Numbered from the stretch's first letter, positions 35,799-44,223 are shown. The stretch is DNA of 64,000 nt from Patescibacteria group bacterium (GCA_028714475.1 JAQTNC010000001.1:22678-86677); one strand, 5' to 3'. Program-made: numbers and translations. Notes: generated by a model not told the origin, from the sequence alone.

Positions 35799-36260
35799 AT
35801 GCTCAAGGCGGTAAAAATCGCTCTCGGAATTCTCTGCGCGGCGCAGGTCGTCGTCTTTTGTCGCGAGCCGATCAGCCATGTTTTTCGACAGCTGGTCGGA
35901 CACGGCGAAGCAACCACGCACCCCTCGGTCGTGGTGGACTTGCGTGATGTCCTCAAGCGAGCGTTCAGGCCATTCACCGTCCTGGCGGAACAACTGATGC
36001 CAGCCGCGCCCATCGCGGCTGAATTAGCGTCGCCGAACGGCCCTCGCCACCCCAACCATCCGACGGAAAAATCCCCGGTTCTGACGCGTCGCGAGCGTCG
36101 CCACGCCAATTTCATCACCAGCTACCTGATTCGTAATCTTGCGCCCGATCTTTTGAAACAGCCTTCCCCTGCCGCTCGCCAACCTTGGCGGCAATTGCCT
36201 CTCACCGGTTGTCGCCGGTGCTGTGCCTTGGCGTCAAACGGCGTCCAGACATCTGCTTAA
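35799..36260 (+). CDS. hypothetical protein
   Basis: Strong RBS AAAGGAGGAAGG 8 nt before the ATG. A rho-independent terminator (GCCCCCGCCGcaaacaCGGCGGGGG + T-run) lies 40 nt past the stop. The protein has an N-terminal hydrophobic segment and no recognised family. Confidence 0.4.
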   Translation: MLKAVKIALGILCAAQVVVFCREPISHVFRQLVGHGEATTHPSVVVDLRDVLKRAFRPFTVLAEQLMPAAPIAAELASPNGPRHPNHPTEKSPVLTRRERRHANFITSYLIRNLAPDLLKQPSPAARQPWRQLPLTGCRRCCALASNGVQTSA

Positions 36261-36302
36261 CGGCGAGCCTGGCCGGGCGAACACAAAAACCAAACCAAAC
36301 AA

Positions 36303-36345
36303 AAAGCCCCCGCCGCAAACACGGCGGGGGTTAAAAATTAGTTTG
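36303..36345 (+). terminator. rho-independent terminator
   Basis: AAAAGCCCCCGCCGcaaacaCGGCGGGGGTTAAAAATTAGTTT. Confidence 0.8.
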
Positions 36346-36420
36346 AAGTTTTTAGTTGGTAGTTTGTAGTTGCCGGCCAGTTTGTCCTAAAACTACAGAC
36401 CGCAAACTACCAACTAAAAC
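36340..36420. repeat. tagttggtagtttg / caaactaccaacta palindromic element
   Basis: The 17-bp perfect arms ttttagttggtagtttg ... caaactaccaactaaaa flank a 24-nt loop. Sits directly after a canonical terminator. Confidence 0.75.
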
Positions 36421-36532
36421 CATCCGTCCGCCTTGACCATATTGCCTTTAGCTGATTAGATTCCCGCAACGGCCTTTACAATTTGCCGCCAAACTCAAAC
36501 CCCAACGTCAGCCCCAACCAAGGAGCTACGCC

Positions 36533-38356
36533 ATGTGGAAACATGTTCTCGGCTATTTCCGGCAGTTCGCCGTGCTCAAGGGCATGCGGCGCGAGTACTG
36601 GGGCGTCCAGTCCATCAACTTCCTGGATTGCCTCTATGGCTTCGCCTTCGGGACCGTCTCCACCATCTTCATGTCGCAGACCCTCGGATTCAGCGACATC
36701 GGGGCGGGTGCGGCCCTGTCGTGGCTCGGCATCTTCACCAGCGTCTTCCTCTTCGCCTCGGGCCCCATCGTGGACCACTTCGGCCTCAAGAAGTCGCTGT
36801 TCCTGTCGATCTTCTTCGTCATCCTGATGCGCGGCGGCATGGCCCTGTGCGCCTTCTGGCCGCTCCTGCCACATCACGAAGATATCTACGCGTGGTTCGC
36901 GGGAATCGCCGGCCTGACCGGCGACGGCAGCTGGTTCCATCACGTCGCCTGGCGACCGTACAGCTACCTCGCCTTCCTGGCCCTCGGCGGCCTGCCCGTC
37001 TCGGTGAAGAACACGGCCTACCACATCGGGAACAAGCGGTTCACCACCGCCGCATCCCAGTCCGCGGGCTTCAACCTGTGGTACATCATCATGAACGTCT
37101 CCGCGGTCGTCGCGGGCCTCGTGGTCGACCTGTTCCGCACGGATTGGCACCTGCACTACGGCTGGTTCATCGTCCTCGGCGTCGGCACGGCCGTCCTCTC
37201 GCTCCTCTCGACTTGGTTGCTCATCAAAGACGAGCGCCCGGCCGAAGAGCGAGACAGACCGCAGACAAAAAATGCGCTGCCGCCCCCGTCAGAAAATGAA
37301 GCTGGTTCGCCCGACCTAGGGAAGGTCACGGTATGGCTGAAACTGTTGAGGTTGCTCCCAGTTTGGAGCCTCGTTCTGCTAACGATGACTTGGCTCGGCC
37401 TAGTCGTTGCCAGCGGTTACGTTTGGCGTCATACCCCGCGCTTCATCCAAGTGCCGCTCCTGTACGTCTGGCGCAAGCTGGTCGTCGTGGCGCGCTACAC
37501 GCGAAAAGTCTGCCGAGAACCGTCCTTCTGGCGAATGATGGCGACTGTCAGCAGTTACGTTTGGCGTCACACCCCGCGCTTCATCCGCGTGCCGCTCCTG
37601 TTCGTCTGGCGAAAACTGGTCATCGTTTGGCGCTACACGCGAAAAGTCTGCCGAGAGCCATCCTTCTGGCGAATGATGGCAGCCGTCACCCTGAATCTCG
37701 GGGTCAGCTCGGTCTTCATCTACTGGTCGATGATCTCGCCCAAGTACTGGGACCGCACCATCGGGCCGGACGCGGCCATCGGCAAGCTGTCGGCCATCAA
37801 CCCGGTCATCATCGTCGTCGGTCTCGTCCTGCTGGTGCCGATCATCAACAAGTTCAAGACCTTCACGATGCTGACCTGGGGCTCGTTCATCTCGGCCGGG
37901 AGCCTCATCCCGCTCGTCATCCCGTGGTACTGGGTCAGCTCCGATCCGCGGACGGCCTACTACGCGACGAGCATCGTCTCGATGGTGGTGTTCTCGTTCG
38001 GCGAGATGATGTTCTCCCCGCGCCTCTCGCAGTACATCCTCGCCGTGGCCCCGGTCGGTCAGGAGGGAATCTATTCCTCCTTCGCCGCCCTGCCGTCGTT
38101 CGTGAGATCGACGATCGTCGGGTTCACGTCCGGCGTGATGCTCACGAGGTGGTGTCCGGAAACGCGGGTGCTCCACGGCGTCGAGAAACCTCTCCGCGAG
38201 GTCATCGCCGCTCGGATCCTGCCCTACTGGGACACGCCCGAGGCGATGTGGCTCATCCTGACGGTAGCCGCCATCGTCGGACCCATCCTCATGGTGGTCC
38301 TGCACAAGTGGTTCGTGAGCGGGATGCGTCACGACACGACGGTCGCGGCAAATTGA
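36533..38356 (+). CDS. MFS transporter with a 47-aa tandem duplication in the central loop
   Basis: 12-TM MFS topology. The duplicated segment is SGYVWRHTPRFIQVPLLYVWRKLVVVARYTRKVCREPSFWRMMATV / SSYVWRHTPRFIRVPLLFVWRKLVIVWRYTRKVCREPSFWRMMAAV (37412-37552 / 37553-37693). Confidence 0.8.
   Translation: MWKHVLGYFRQFAVLKGMRREYWGVQSINFLDCLYGFAFGTVSTIFMSQTLGFSDIGAGAALSWLGIFTSVFLFASGPIVDHFGLKKSLFLSIFFVILMRGGMALCAFWPLLPHHEDIYAWFAGIAGLTGDGSWFHHVAWRPYSYLAFLALGGLPVSVKNTAYHIGNKRFTTAASQSAGFNLWYIIMNVSAVVAGLVVDLFRTDWHLHYGWFIVLGVGTAVLSLLSTWLLIKDERPAEERDRPQTKNALPPPSENEAGSPDLGKVTVWLKLLRLLPVWSLVLLTMTWLGLVVASGYVWRHTPRFIQVPLLYVWRKLVVVARYTRKVCREPSFWRMMATVSSYVWRHTPRFIRVPLLFVWRKLVIVWRYTRKVCREPSFWRMMAAVTLNLGVSSVFIYWSMISPKYWDRTIGPDAAIGKLSAINPVIIVVGLVLLVPIINKFKTFTMLTWGSFISAGSLIPLVIPWYWVSSDPRTAYYATSIVSMVVFSFGEMMFSPRLSQYILAVAPVGQEGIYSSFAALPSFVRSTIVGFTSGVMLTRWCPETRVLHGVEKPLREVIAARILPYWDTPEAMWLILTVAAIVGPILMVVLHKWFVSGMRHDTTVAAN
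37412..37693 (+). repeat. 141-bp x2 in-frame tandem duplication within the MFS transporter gene
   Basis: 37412-37552 and 37553-37693 are about 90% identical at nucleotide level and encode 47-aa duplicated loop segments. Confidence 0.85.
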
Positions 38357-38459
38357 GTCGTTAGTTCAGCCGGCACTTCGAGCTTGCTGCCCGGTTCTCC
38401 TCTTAACGGAGAGCCGGTTTTTTGTGTTTAGTCATAAATTTCAACGGTGCCTGTCCCCC

Positions 38460-38468
38460 TTATCCACA
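38460..38468 (+). promoter_or_regulatory. perfect DnaA-box 9-mer in a hairpin loop, plus an adjacent degenerate box
   Basis: CTGTCCCCcTTATCCACAgttttttcGGGGACAG. A reverse-orientation GGGGATAAC follows 25 nt downstream. Confidence 0.45.
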
Positions 38469-38599
38469 GTTTTTTCGGGGACAGTCCCCTGAAAATCTGG
38501 GGATAACCTGGCACGTATACAAAAACCGATCCAGCAAGCGGGTGCTGAATCGGCGGTGAGGTGCGGCGGGCAACGAAGAGAAGGGGCTGCGAGCTAACT

Positions 38600-39181
38600 C
38601 TATTCCTGCCTCGCCACCAAACGGTTGAGGCATCGGGAAACGGCCGCCAGCAGACGCAGACAGATGACCGGGCACGGCTGGTCCAGGAGCGCCTCGGCTT
38701 CGACGAGACGTCTCGCGTGCCGTTCCAAATCCGTGATTCTGGCATCGATGAGTTCGCCTCTGCTCGCCGCCGCTTCGAGTTGCTGTCGGGCGACATCCAT
38801 TTGCGCGCGGACAACGGCCAGCGTTTCTCGGGCGACCACCGTCACGCGTCCGATGAGCGGCAGGGTGTGCCTTTCAATGGCGTGCATTCCGCCTTCGGCC
38901 CAACCTAGGTTGCACTCGGCCTGCCAGACATCCACTTCAGCCAACGGGTAGCGGCCAGCCGCAAGGTGCTGTTCGGCCACCCGAAGGTGCTCTTCAGCGA
39001 CTGTCAGGCGCCCGGAGGCTTCCTGAAGGAACTCTCTCGGCGCCCGACAGGTCCAAGCTCCCTGGCCCTTCCTGGCTGTCGCCCTTTCCCGAAACAGACG
39101 CAGACGACGCCTTCCTTCCGTCACTCGATTCGATATCCGAACCTTCCATTCCTGGTAGCCGGGACAATCAGTTGCTAACAT
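38600..39181 (-). CDS. hypothetical coiled-coil protein
   Basis: A sigma70-like promoter TTGACT-N17-TTAAAT lies about 55 nt upstream (39264..39236). 193 aa, largely helical (EEHLRVAEQHLAAGRYPLAEVDVWQAECNLGWAEG...). No family recognised. Confidence 0.45.
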   Translation of the reverse strand: MLATDCPGYQEWKVRISNRVTEGRRRLRLFRERATARKGQGAWTCRAPREFLQEASGRLTVAEEHLRVAEQHLAAGRYPLAEVDVWQAECNLGWAEGGMHAIERHTLPLIGRVTVVARETLAVVRAQMDVARQQLEAAASRGELIDARITDLERHARRLVEAEALLDQPCPVICLRLLAAVSRCLNRLVARQE

Positions 39182-39235
39182 GTTCTTCTCTTTCTCGCGT
39201 TGTCCGTGAAAAGACCGCGGCTAAAACTTGGCCTG

Positions 39236-39264
39236 ATTTAATCGCATTAACAAAGAAAAGTCAA
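39236..39264 (-). promoter_or_regulatory. sigma70-like promoter TTGACT-N17-TTAAAT
   Basis: Minus-strand TTGACTtttctttgttaatgcgaTTAAAT, about 55 nt upstream of the ATG at 39181. Confidence 0.6.
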
Positions 39265-39333
39265 GCCGTGACCATCAGAAAAGCCGACTGTCCACGCGGA
39301 CGGCCGGCTTCGCAAGCCGCGACTCGATTTCGG

Positions 39334-39738
39334 CTACCAGACGCTATCGTCGCCTTGCTGCTGAAGCAGCGACAACATTTCGCTGGCCGCCTGACGCGAC
39401 TTACGGTTCCAATCGAAGAGACAACCAATAGCCCTGGCAACATCTTCCGACGAACTGGTCTCGCTGGCCAGGACGGCCAACGCCTCATCCGCCGGTTCCA
39501 TCTCGACGTCGAGCAGTACGGTCGATCGGCCAGCCCGGACGCCTTCGCTAGTATGGTCGCGGAAACCCTTGAAAAGAGCGGTGATTTCGGCCACTTCGGC
39601 CTGGCGAGCCTGGTAATCCGCGCCTCGACAGCGCCCTAGACAACCAGCGGCCGTTATTGAAGACGCGACCAGCAACGCCATTCTTCCCTCTTCGGACCAA
39701 AAAGACTCGGACTGACCCAATGCCTCTGCTTTCTCCAT
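39334..39738 (-). CDS. hypothetical protein
   Basis: ATG preceded by GAAAGGG. 134 aa (MEKAEALGQSESFWSEEGRMALLVASSITAAGCLGRCRG...). Co-oriented with the gene at 38600. The plus-strand ORF 39172..39639 overlaps and is the alternative reading. Confidence 0.35.
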   Translation of the reverse strand: MEKAEALGQSESFWSEEGRMALLVASSITAAGCLGRCRGADYQARQAEVAEITALFKGFRDHTSEGVRAGRSTVLLDVEMEPADEALAVLASETSSSEDVARAIGCLFDWNRKSRQAASEMLSLLQQQGDDSVW

Positions 39739-39921
39739 CACTGACCCTTTCCGGCTTTCGCCAATTCTAAACGCCAATGAACAAGAGAATTGAAATTAGC
39801 ACAGGCGCGGCCAAACGTCAATCTCCGCCGCCGCACCCCAAGCAACTTGACGGGGGACGAAAATTTTGCTAAGGTCGGGTCAACCCTTGCTATCCTAGCC
39901 AGGCCGAAAGCGAGAAACAAG

Positions 39922-40299
39922 ATGTCGCAAGCGACTTTCCAGAAACTGCTCTTTGCCTGCCTGACCGCCGGCGCCCTCGATGTCGCCATCATGTTCCAGT
40001 GGTTTGCCCCACACCAAGAGGCGCTGACAGCGGTCTTCATGCTCTTCGTTGGCGGGATAATCACGCTCGGCGGCTTCAGCGCCTTCGCGAACGCCTGCGC
40101 CATCGTATTAACCACCACTGTCGTGGCCGGCATCGTCGGCTGGCAATACACCTACCCATCCGTGATGGCGTCTGACTGGCCCGCCCTGTCACCCAACATG
40201 GCATTTCTGGCCTTTCTGGGTGCGGAACTGCTGGGGCTGGTCCTGGTGGTCAAGGCCTTGCGGCCGGCTCTCGAACGACTCGGCAAATGGCCGTGGTGA
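39922..40299 (+). CDS. small membrane protein (4 TM)
   Basis: Begins MSQATFQKLLFACLTAGALDVAIMF. A terminator hairpin GGCGGCC...GGCCGCC plus T-run directly follows. Confidence 0.5.
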   Translation: MSQATFQKLLFACLTAGALDVAIMFQWFAPHQEALTAVFMLFVGGIITLGGFSAFANACAIVLTTTVVAGIVGWQYTYPSVMASDWPALSPNMAFLAFLGAELLGLVLVVKALRPALERLGKWPW

Positions 40300-40317
40300 A
40301 ATCGAGCCACAACTTGT

Positions 40318-40374
40318 CGTCTACCCGTGCCGCTGGCGGCCCCTCACCCTTGAGGCGGCCGCCACTGTTTTTAC
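40318..40374 (+). terminator. terminator of the small membrane-protein gene, immediately preceding repeat D1
   Basis: GGCGGCCcctcacccttgaGGCGGCCGCC + ACTGTTTTTA. Confidence 0.6.
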
Positions 40375-40745
40375 GGAATATATTGTGCGAAGCACACTTT
40401 GCGGACAAGATGACTTCATCTCGCGAGGCCACCCTGTACCGTAATGGTACAGGGTTCCGCAGGCCGAGCGCATACTATATATAGGTTGGTGGGACGAAGC
40501 CGCGGGTGACGCGGAGCGGGGCGACCGACGGGCGGACCCGGTTCCGGAGACAATCGCTCGCGCAATTACGCATCCAGCGCGAGCGCTGTCGACGGAAGCG
40601 GGCCCGACCGGCGGGAGCACGGGTTGGTGACTTGCATGTGGAATCGCGGCAGGACCCGCGGCCGGTTGTTTCTGAGCCTCTGCCTTCACGAGAACGACAT
40701 AATCAATAAACCCAGGCACAAAGCCCGGGCTTGTTGTTTATATAT
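40375..40745. repeat. ~370-bp structured repeat D1 (between a plus-gene terminator and the metK stop)
   Basis: Blocks shared with D2: attgtgcgaagcacactttgcgga; gcaggccgagcgcatac; gccgcgggtgacgcggagcgggg ... gcggcaggacccgcggc (a long-range pair GCCGCGGG/CCCGCGGC). The variable inserts are perfect hairpins (CCCTGTACCgtaatGGTACAGGG). Confidence 0.6.
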
Positions 40746-40757
40746 GGAATGTCGCCG

Positions 40758-41795
40758 TCAGTTCAGCACGATATGCTCCCACGGGAAACCGTCGCGGCCG
40801 AAATGCCCGTAGGCGGCCGTCTGGCGGTAAATGGGTCGGCGCAGGCCGAGTCGCTCGATGATGGCGCGCGGCCGGAAATCAAATTGATCCTTCAAATATC
40901 CAGTCAGGTCGCGCCCGTCGCCGCCGACCGCGCGGAGCATTACCGGCTCTTCCTTGCCGATGACGTAAGCGACGGAAACGAGACAGTTCTTGGCGTGGCC
41001 GTTTGCGACGATGTTCTTCGCGGCGAAGCGCGCCATATATGCGCCCGAGCGATCCACCTTGGTCGGATCCTTGCCGGAGAACGCGCCGCCGCCGTGCGGG
41101 ATGAGTCCGCCGTAGGTATCCACCATCAGCTTGCGGCCGGTGAGCCCGGTGTCCGCGCGGAATCCGCCGTCCACGAACGAGCCGGTCGGGTTCACGTAGA
41201 TGCGCGTCGCGCCCGGGTCGCCGAGGAGCGGATCAACGAGATGCTTGAGCAGGAGCTTCTTGATTTCCGCGACGCCGATGTCATCACTGTGTTGGGCCGA
41301 GACGACGATCGCGTCAACGCGACCGTGGTCAACGGTCACCTGCGACTTGCCGTCCGGCTTGAGCCAGGTGAACTCCGGATGATTGCGGCGCAGGTCCGCG
41401 AGGCCCCAAGTCAAACGGTTCGCGAGCACGACCGGTTCCGGCAGGAATTCCGACGTCTCGCACGTGGCGTAGCCGTACATGATGCCCTGGTCGCCGGCGC
41501 CGCCCACGTCCACGCCGCGCGCGATGTCACGCGACTGTTCCTCCACGTTGGTGAAGACCTCGAGTTCGTCGTCGTAGCCTATGTCGCGATAGACGCGCTC
41601 TGCCACCTGGGCCAAATCAATTTCCGCCTGCGAAGTGACTTCGCCGCCGATCATGAGCGCGCCGTGAGAGCCGAAAACCTCCACCGCCACGCGGCTCGCT
41701 GGGTCACGGCTCAAGTAGGCGTCCAGAATGGCGTCAGCGATTTGGTCGCAGACCTTGTCCGGGTGGCCTTCGGTGACGGATTCGACGGTTTTCAT
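40758..41795 (-). CDS. metK: S-adenosylmethionine synthetase (short 345-aa form)
   Basis: ESVTEGHPDKVCDQIAD, GGGAFSGKDPTKVDRSGAYMAR, FVDGGFRADTGLTGRKLMVDTYGG. Confidence 0.9.
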   Translation of the reverse strand: MKTVESVTEGHPDKVCDQIADAILDAYLSRDPASRVAVEVFGSHGALMIGGEVTSQAEIDLAQVAERVYRDIGYDDELEVFTNVEEQSRDIARGVDVGGAGDQGIMYGYATCETSEFLPEPVVLANRLTWGLADLRRNHPEFTWLKPDGKSQVTVDHGRVDAIVVSAQHSDDIGVAEIKKLLLKHLVDPLLGDPGATRIYVNPTGSFVDGGFRADTGLTGRKLMVDTYGGLIPHGGGAFSGKDPTKVDRSGAYMARFAAKNIVANGHAKNCLVSVAYVIGKEEPVMLRAVGGDGRDLTGYLKDQFDFRPRAIIERLGLRRPIYRQTAAYGHFGRDGFPWEHIVLN

Positions 41796-41798
41796 GAC

Positions 41799-41807
41799 TG
41801 TGGATAA
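41799..41807 (-). promoter_or_regulatory. perfect DnaA-box 9-mer immediately 5' of the metK start codon
   Basis: Minus-strand TTTATCCACAgtcATG. It sits in the divergent region shared with the metallophosphoesterase gene. Confidence 0.5.
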
Positions 41808-42026
41808 ATGTTTCCCGGCCGACTCCTCGGCCTGACGATATGAAGTCAGGATACGTCAAAATAGCACAAAAGCCAGTATTTGTCCAGACCCCCGCCAAGG
41901 CTTGATACTTTCGTTTAATCATGCGGACGCCGATGTTACGATTGAGTTAACGCAGGTGGTATGGTCCATCTGCGTTGAGCGAAAGCTCATTGTCAATTCA
42001 CGAGAGGGAATAGAAGGAGAGCCATC

Positions 42027-44141
42027 ATGGCAAACCGGAAACCAGCCCGTCCGACTGCTACCGAAGAGACCGAGTGCCGCATCCTCGTGGCCTCCCAGCT
42101 GATGTACCCGAGCCACGATCACCGCGTGGGATTCCTGAAGCTCATGGCGCAAGTCGCCAAGGAGCGGGACGCCCACTACGTCGTCATGGCCGGAGGACTG
42201 GTCAGCGAAAAGGGCGTGAAAGACACGCGCCGAGGCCTCGAGCGACGGCTGAAGAAGCTCGACAAGGAGCAGCAGGCCCTCGAGGAGAAGCACGAGAAAA
42301 CGACCAACCCGCGGACTCGGCGCGCCCAAGAGCGCCGACTGGCAACCATCGCGAAGAAGCAGCAGCGGTTCACCCGCTTCCTGCATCACCTGGAGCCGTC
42401 GGCCATCGCCAGGCAGTTGGCACAAGCGATTCCGAGTTTCGTGAACGCGGCCGGGGATCCCATCAAGATGTATGTGTTCCCGTCCCCGCAACTCGACGGC
42501 GTCATCGGCAACCAAGTCGCCGACATCCTGTCGGCCAGGCTGCGCAAGGGCGAAGTGTTTTCCTACCCGCAGGACAATCCGACCCTGCTGGCCACCCAGG
42601 CCGGCAAGAGGGTCGAGGTCCTGGTGCCGATGCACGGCAGTTTCCGCGGTGAGTACTCGTCGACGCCGATCCAGCGCCGTTTGCTCGAGCGCATGAAGCT
42701 GCCGAGGCGGCGTTTGCCGGATCTCTTCATCGTCGGCGGTCACGGCGTCACCTGGTTCAAGCCGATCGGGAATTACCCGGTGCCCATCGTCGGCGTGCCG
42801 ATGATGAACGGCTCGTCCGCGGTACAGGTCGCGGAAAACCAGGTCGGTGTGACGCTCATCACGTTGCGGCGCGGCGACCCCGAGCCGACCGTGGAGGTCA
42901 TCCCGCTCCAGGACGCCCTGCTCACCGAGCTCATGCACATCCGGATGCCCAAGAAGGTCAAGCCGCGCCAGAGGCAGCTGCTCGAGATCCTTCAGCGAGA
43001 AGGCGAGCAGACCATCGGCGTAATGGCGGACAAGACCGGCCTCGACAGGGAACAGATCGACGCGGCCCTGCGCCCGTTCGTCGGTGACGGCACCGTCAAC
43101 AGGCAATGGGACCTGAAGTGGCACGAGGACTCGGGGCGCTGGGGTTGGAACCCGTATTGGGTACGCAAGTACCTGGAGTACCCGCCCATGGCGGCCGCCC
43201 AAGCCACGGACACGATCACCGCGTTCGGTTGCCTGCATGCGGCCTCCGTGTGCAACGACCCGGAACTGTTCCTGGAGACCCTGCCTCGATCCATGATCGA
43301 GAACGGCTCCAACCTGCTCATCGGCGCCGGCGACTTCACGAACGGCGACAAGCACCCTGGGCTGGTTCAGGAAACGGTCTTCCGGATCAAGGCCGGCGAA
43401 CAGGAGCTTCTGGCCGGAGAGATGGTCGCCAAGGCCATGCTCAAGGTGTTCTACCACCGGTTTGCCGCCGCCGTGGCGACGAATCGGCCGACCACCCCCG
43501 TGCAAGGCCTCGCGCTGGTCAATGCCTGCCTGCCGGATTTCCGCTACATCCTCGGCAACCACGACTTGTGGGTCGGGGATCGCGGTATGATCCCGCTCGA
43601 CGGGTTCCGGCGCATGGCGGTCGATGTCCTGTTCGACGCCATCGAAGCGGCACTCGGCGAACTGGATCTGACGGTTCGCGGCCTCAAGCGTGCCATCGAG
43701 GGCAAGGTGAAGCTGGTGGGAGAGGAAGAGAACGAGCGCCTGACGCTGCCGTCCGGGCTCCGCGTTGGTCTCACGCACCCGCACATGGGCCGGACGAAGA
43801 CGGAAAGCATTCGCACCCAGGAGGCCTTGGCCTTCATGCGCGACTGCCACATCGTCTTCGTGGCCAACTTCCATGTCGGTTCCGTGACGGCCATCTATGA
43901 CTCGGAACTGGGCCAGCGTTTCGGCGTCCAGCTCGGCACGATCCTGCAGGGTTCCGGCTTCGAGCGTCACCGCATGAAGGAAGTCGACAACCACATCGCG
44001 GTCTGCCATGTCGGCTCCACGAACGGCCGCATCGTTTGGCACCGGCACACCTATCGCGACGGCGTCCGCTGGACGAAGCCGCGGTTCGCACCGGATCACG
44101 CCTACCAAGCGGCCCGCAAGGCCGTTGGGTTGGTCGCCTAA
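42027..44141 (+). CDS. protein with two calcineurin-like metallophosphoesterase domains (the first degenerate) and a coiled-coil insert
   Basis: RBS GAAGGAGAG. Domain 2 has GCLHAAS, LLIGAGDFTNGDKH and ILGNHDLW (GD/GNHD motifs). Domain 1 has RILVASQ..SHDH, VVMAGGLVS and FIVGGHG. The overlapping antisense ORF 41919..44108 was rejected on composition. Confidence 0.65.
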   Translation: MANRKPARPTATEETECRILVASQLMYPSHDHRVGFLKLMAQVAKERDAHYVVMAGGLVSEKGVKDTRRGLERRLKKLDKEQQALEEKHEKTTNPRTRRAQERRLATIAKKQQRFTRFLHHLEPSAIARQLAQAIPSFVNAAGDPIKMYVFPSPQLDGVIGNQVADILSARLRKGEVFSYPQDNPTLLATQAGKRVEVLVPMHGSFRGEYSSTPIQRRLLERMKLPRRRLPDLFIVGGHGVTWFKPIGNYPVPIVGVPMMNGSSAVQVAENQVGVTLITLRRGDPEPTVEVIPLQDALLTELMHIRMPKKVKPRQRQLLEILQREGEQTIGVMADKTGLDREQIDAALRPFVGDGTVNRQWDLKWHEDSGRWGWNPYWVRKYLEYPPMAAAQATDTITAFGCLHAASVCNDPELFLETLPRSMIENGSNLLIGAGDFTNGDKHPGLVQETVFRIKAGEQELLAGEMVAKAMLKVFYHRFAAAVATNRPTTPVQGLALVNACLPDFRYILGNHDLWVGDRGMIPLDGFRRMAVDVLFDAIEAALGELDLTVRGLKRAIEGKVKLVGEEENERLTLPSGLRVGLTHPHMGRTKTESIRTQEALAFMRDCHIVFVANFHVGSVTAIYDSELGQRFGVQLGTILQGSGFERHRMKEVDNHIAVCHVGSTNGRIVWHRHTYRDGVRWTKPRFAPDHAYQAARKAVGLVA

Positions 44142-44223
44142 CGAACCCCTCTCGACGAGCGCATCAGCCTGACGGAGCTTTCCGGCAGGCTGATTTTAGT
44201 ATTTTCGCCAGGTCTAGCCTATT

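Noticed and set aside
35505-35993. 162-aa minus-strand ORF
   Set aside because: It overlaps the ABC ATPase start and the divergent promoter region. The plus-strand ORF 35799..36260 has a strong RBS and a terminator, so that is preferred.
40375-40745. D1/D2 as RNase P RNA, tmRNA or SRP RNA
   Set aside because: None of the universally conserved segments of these RNAs is present. D1/D2 are treated as an unclassified family instead.
41796-41925. SAM riboswitch in the metK leader
   Set aside because: The minus-strand sequence upstream of metK has no recognisable SAM-I/SAM-II conserved core. The metK ATG is only about 10 nt from the DnaA box, leaving no room for a riboswitch aptamer before it.
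38400-42026. Chromosomal replication origin
   Set aside because: DnaA boxes are present but dispersed, one per intergenic region over 40 kb. There is no dnaA/dnaN, no AT-rich DUE, and no cluster of three or more boxes within 300 bp.
41919-44108. 729-aa minus-strand ORF
   Set aside because: Antisense to the plus-strand metallophosphoesterase gene, which has an RBS, GNHD motifs and balanced composition. The minus product is V/R/A/G/D-biased with no motifs.
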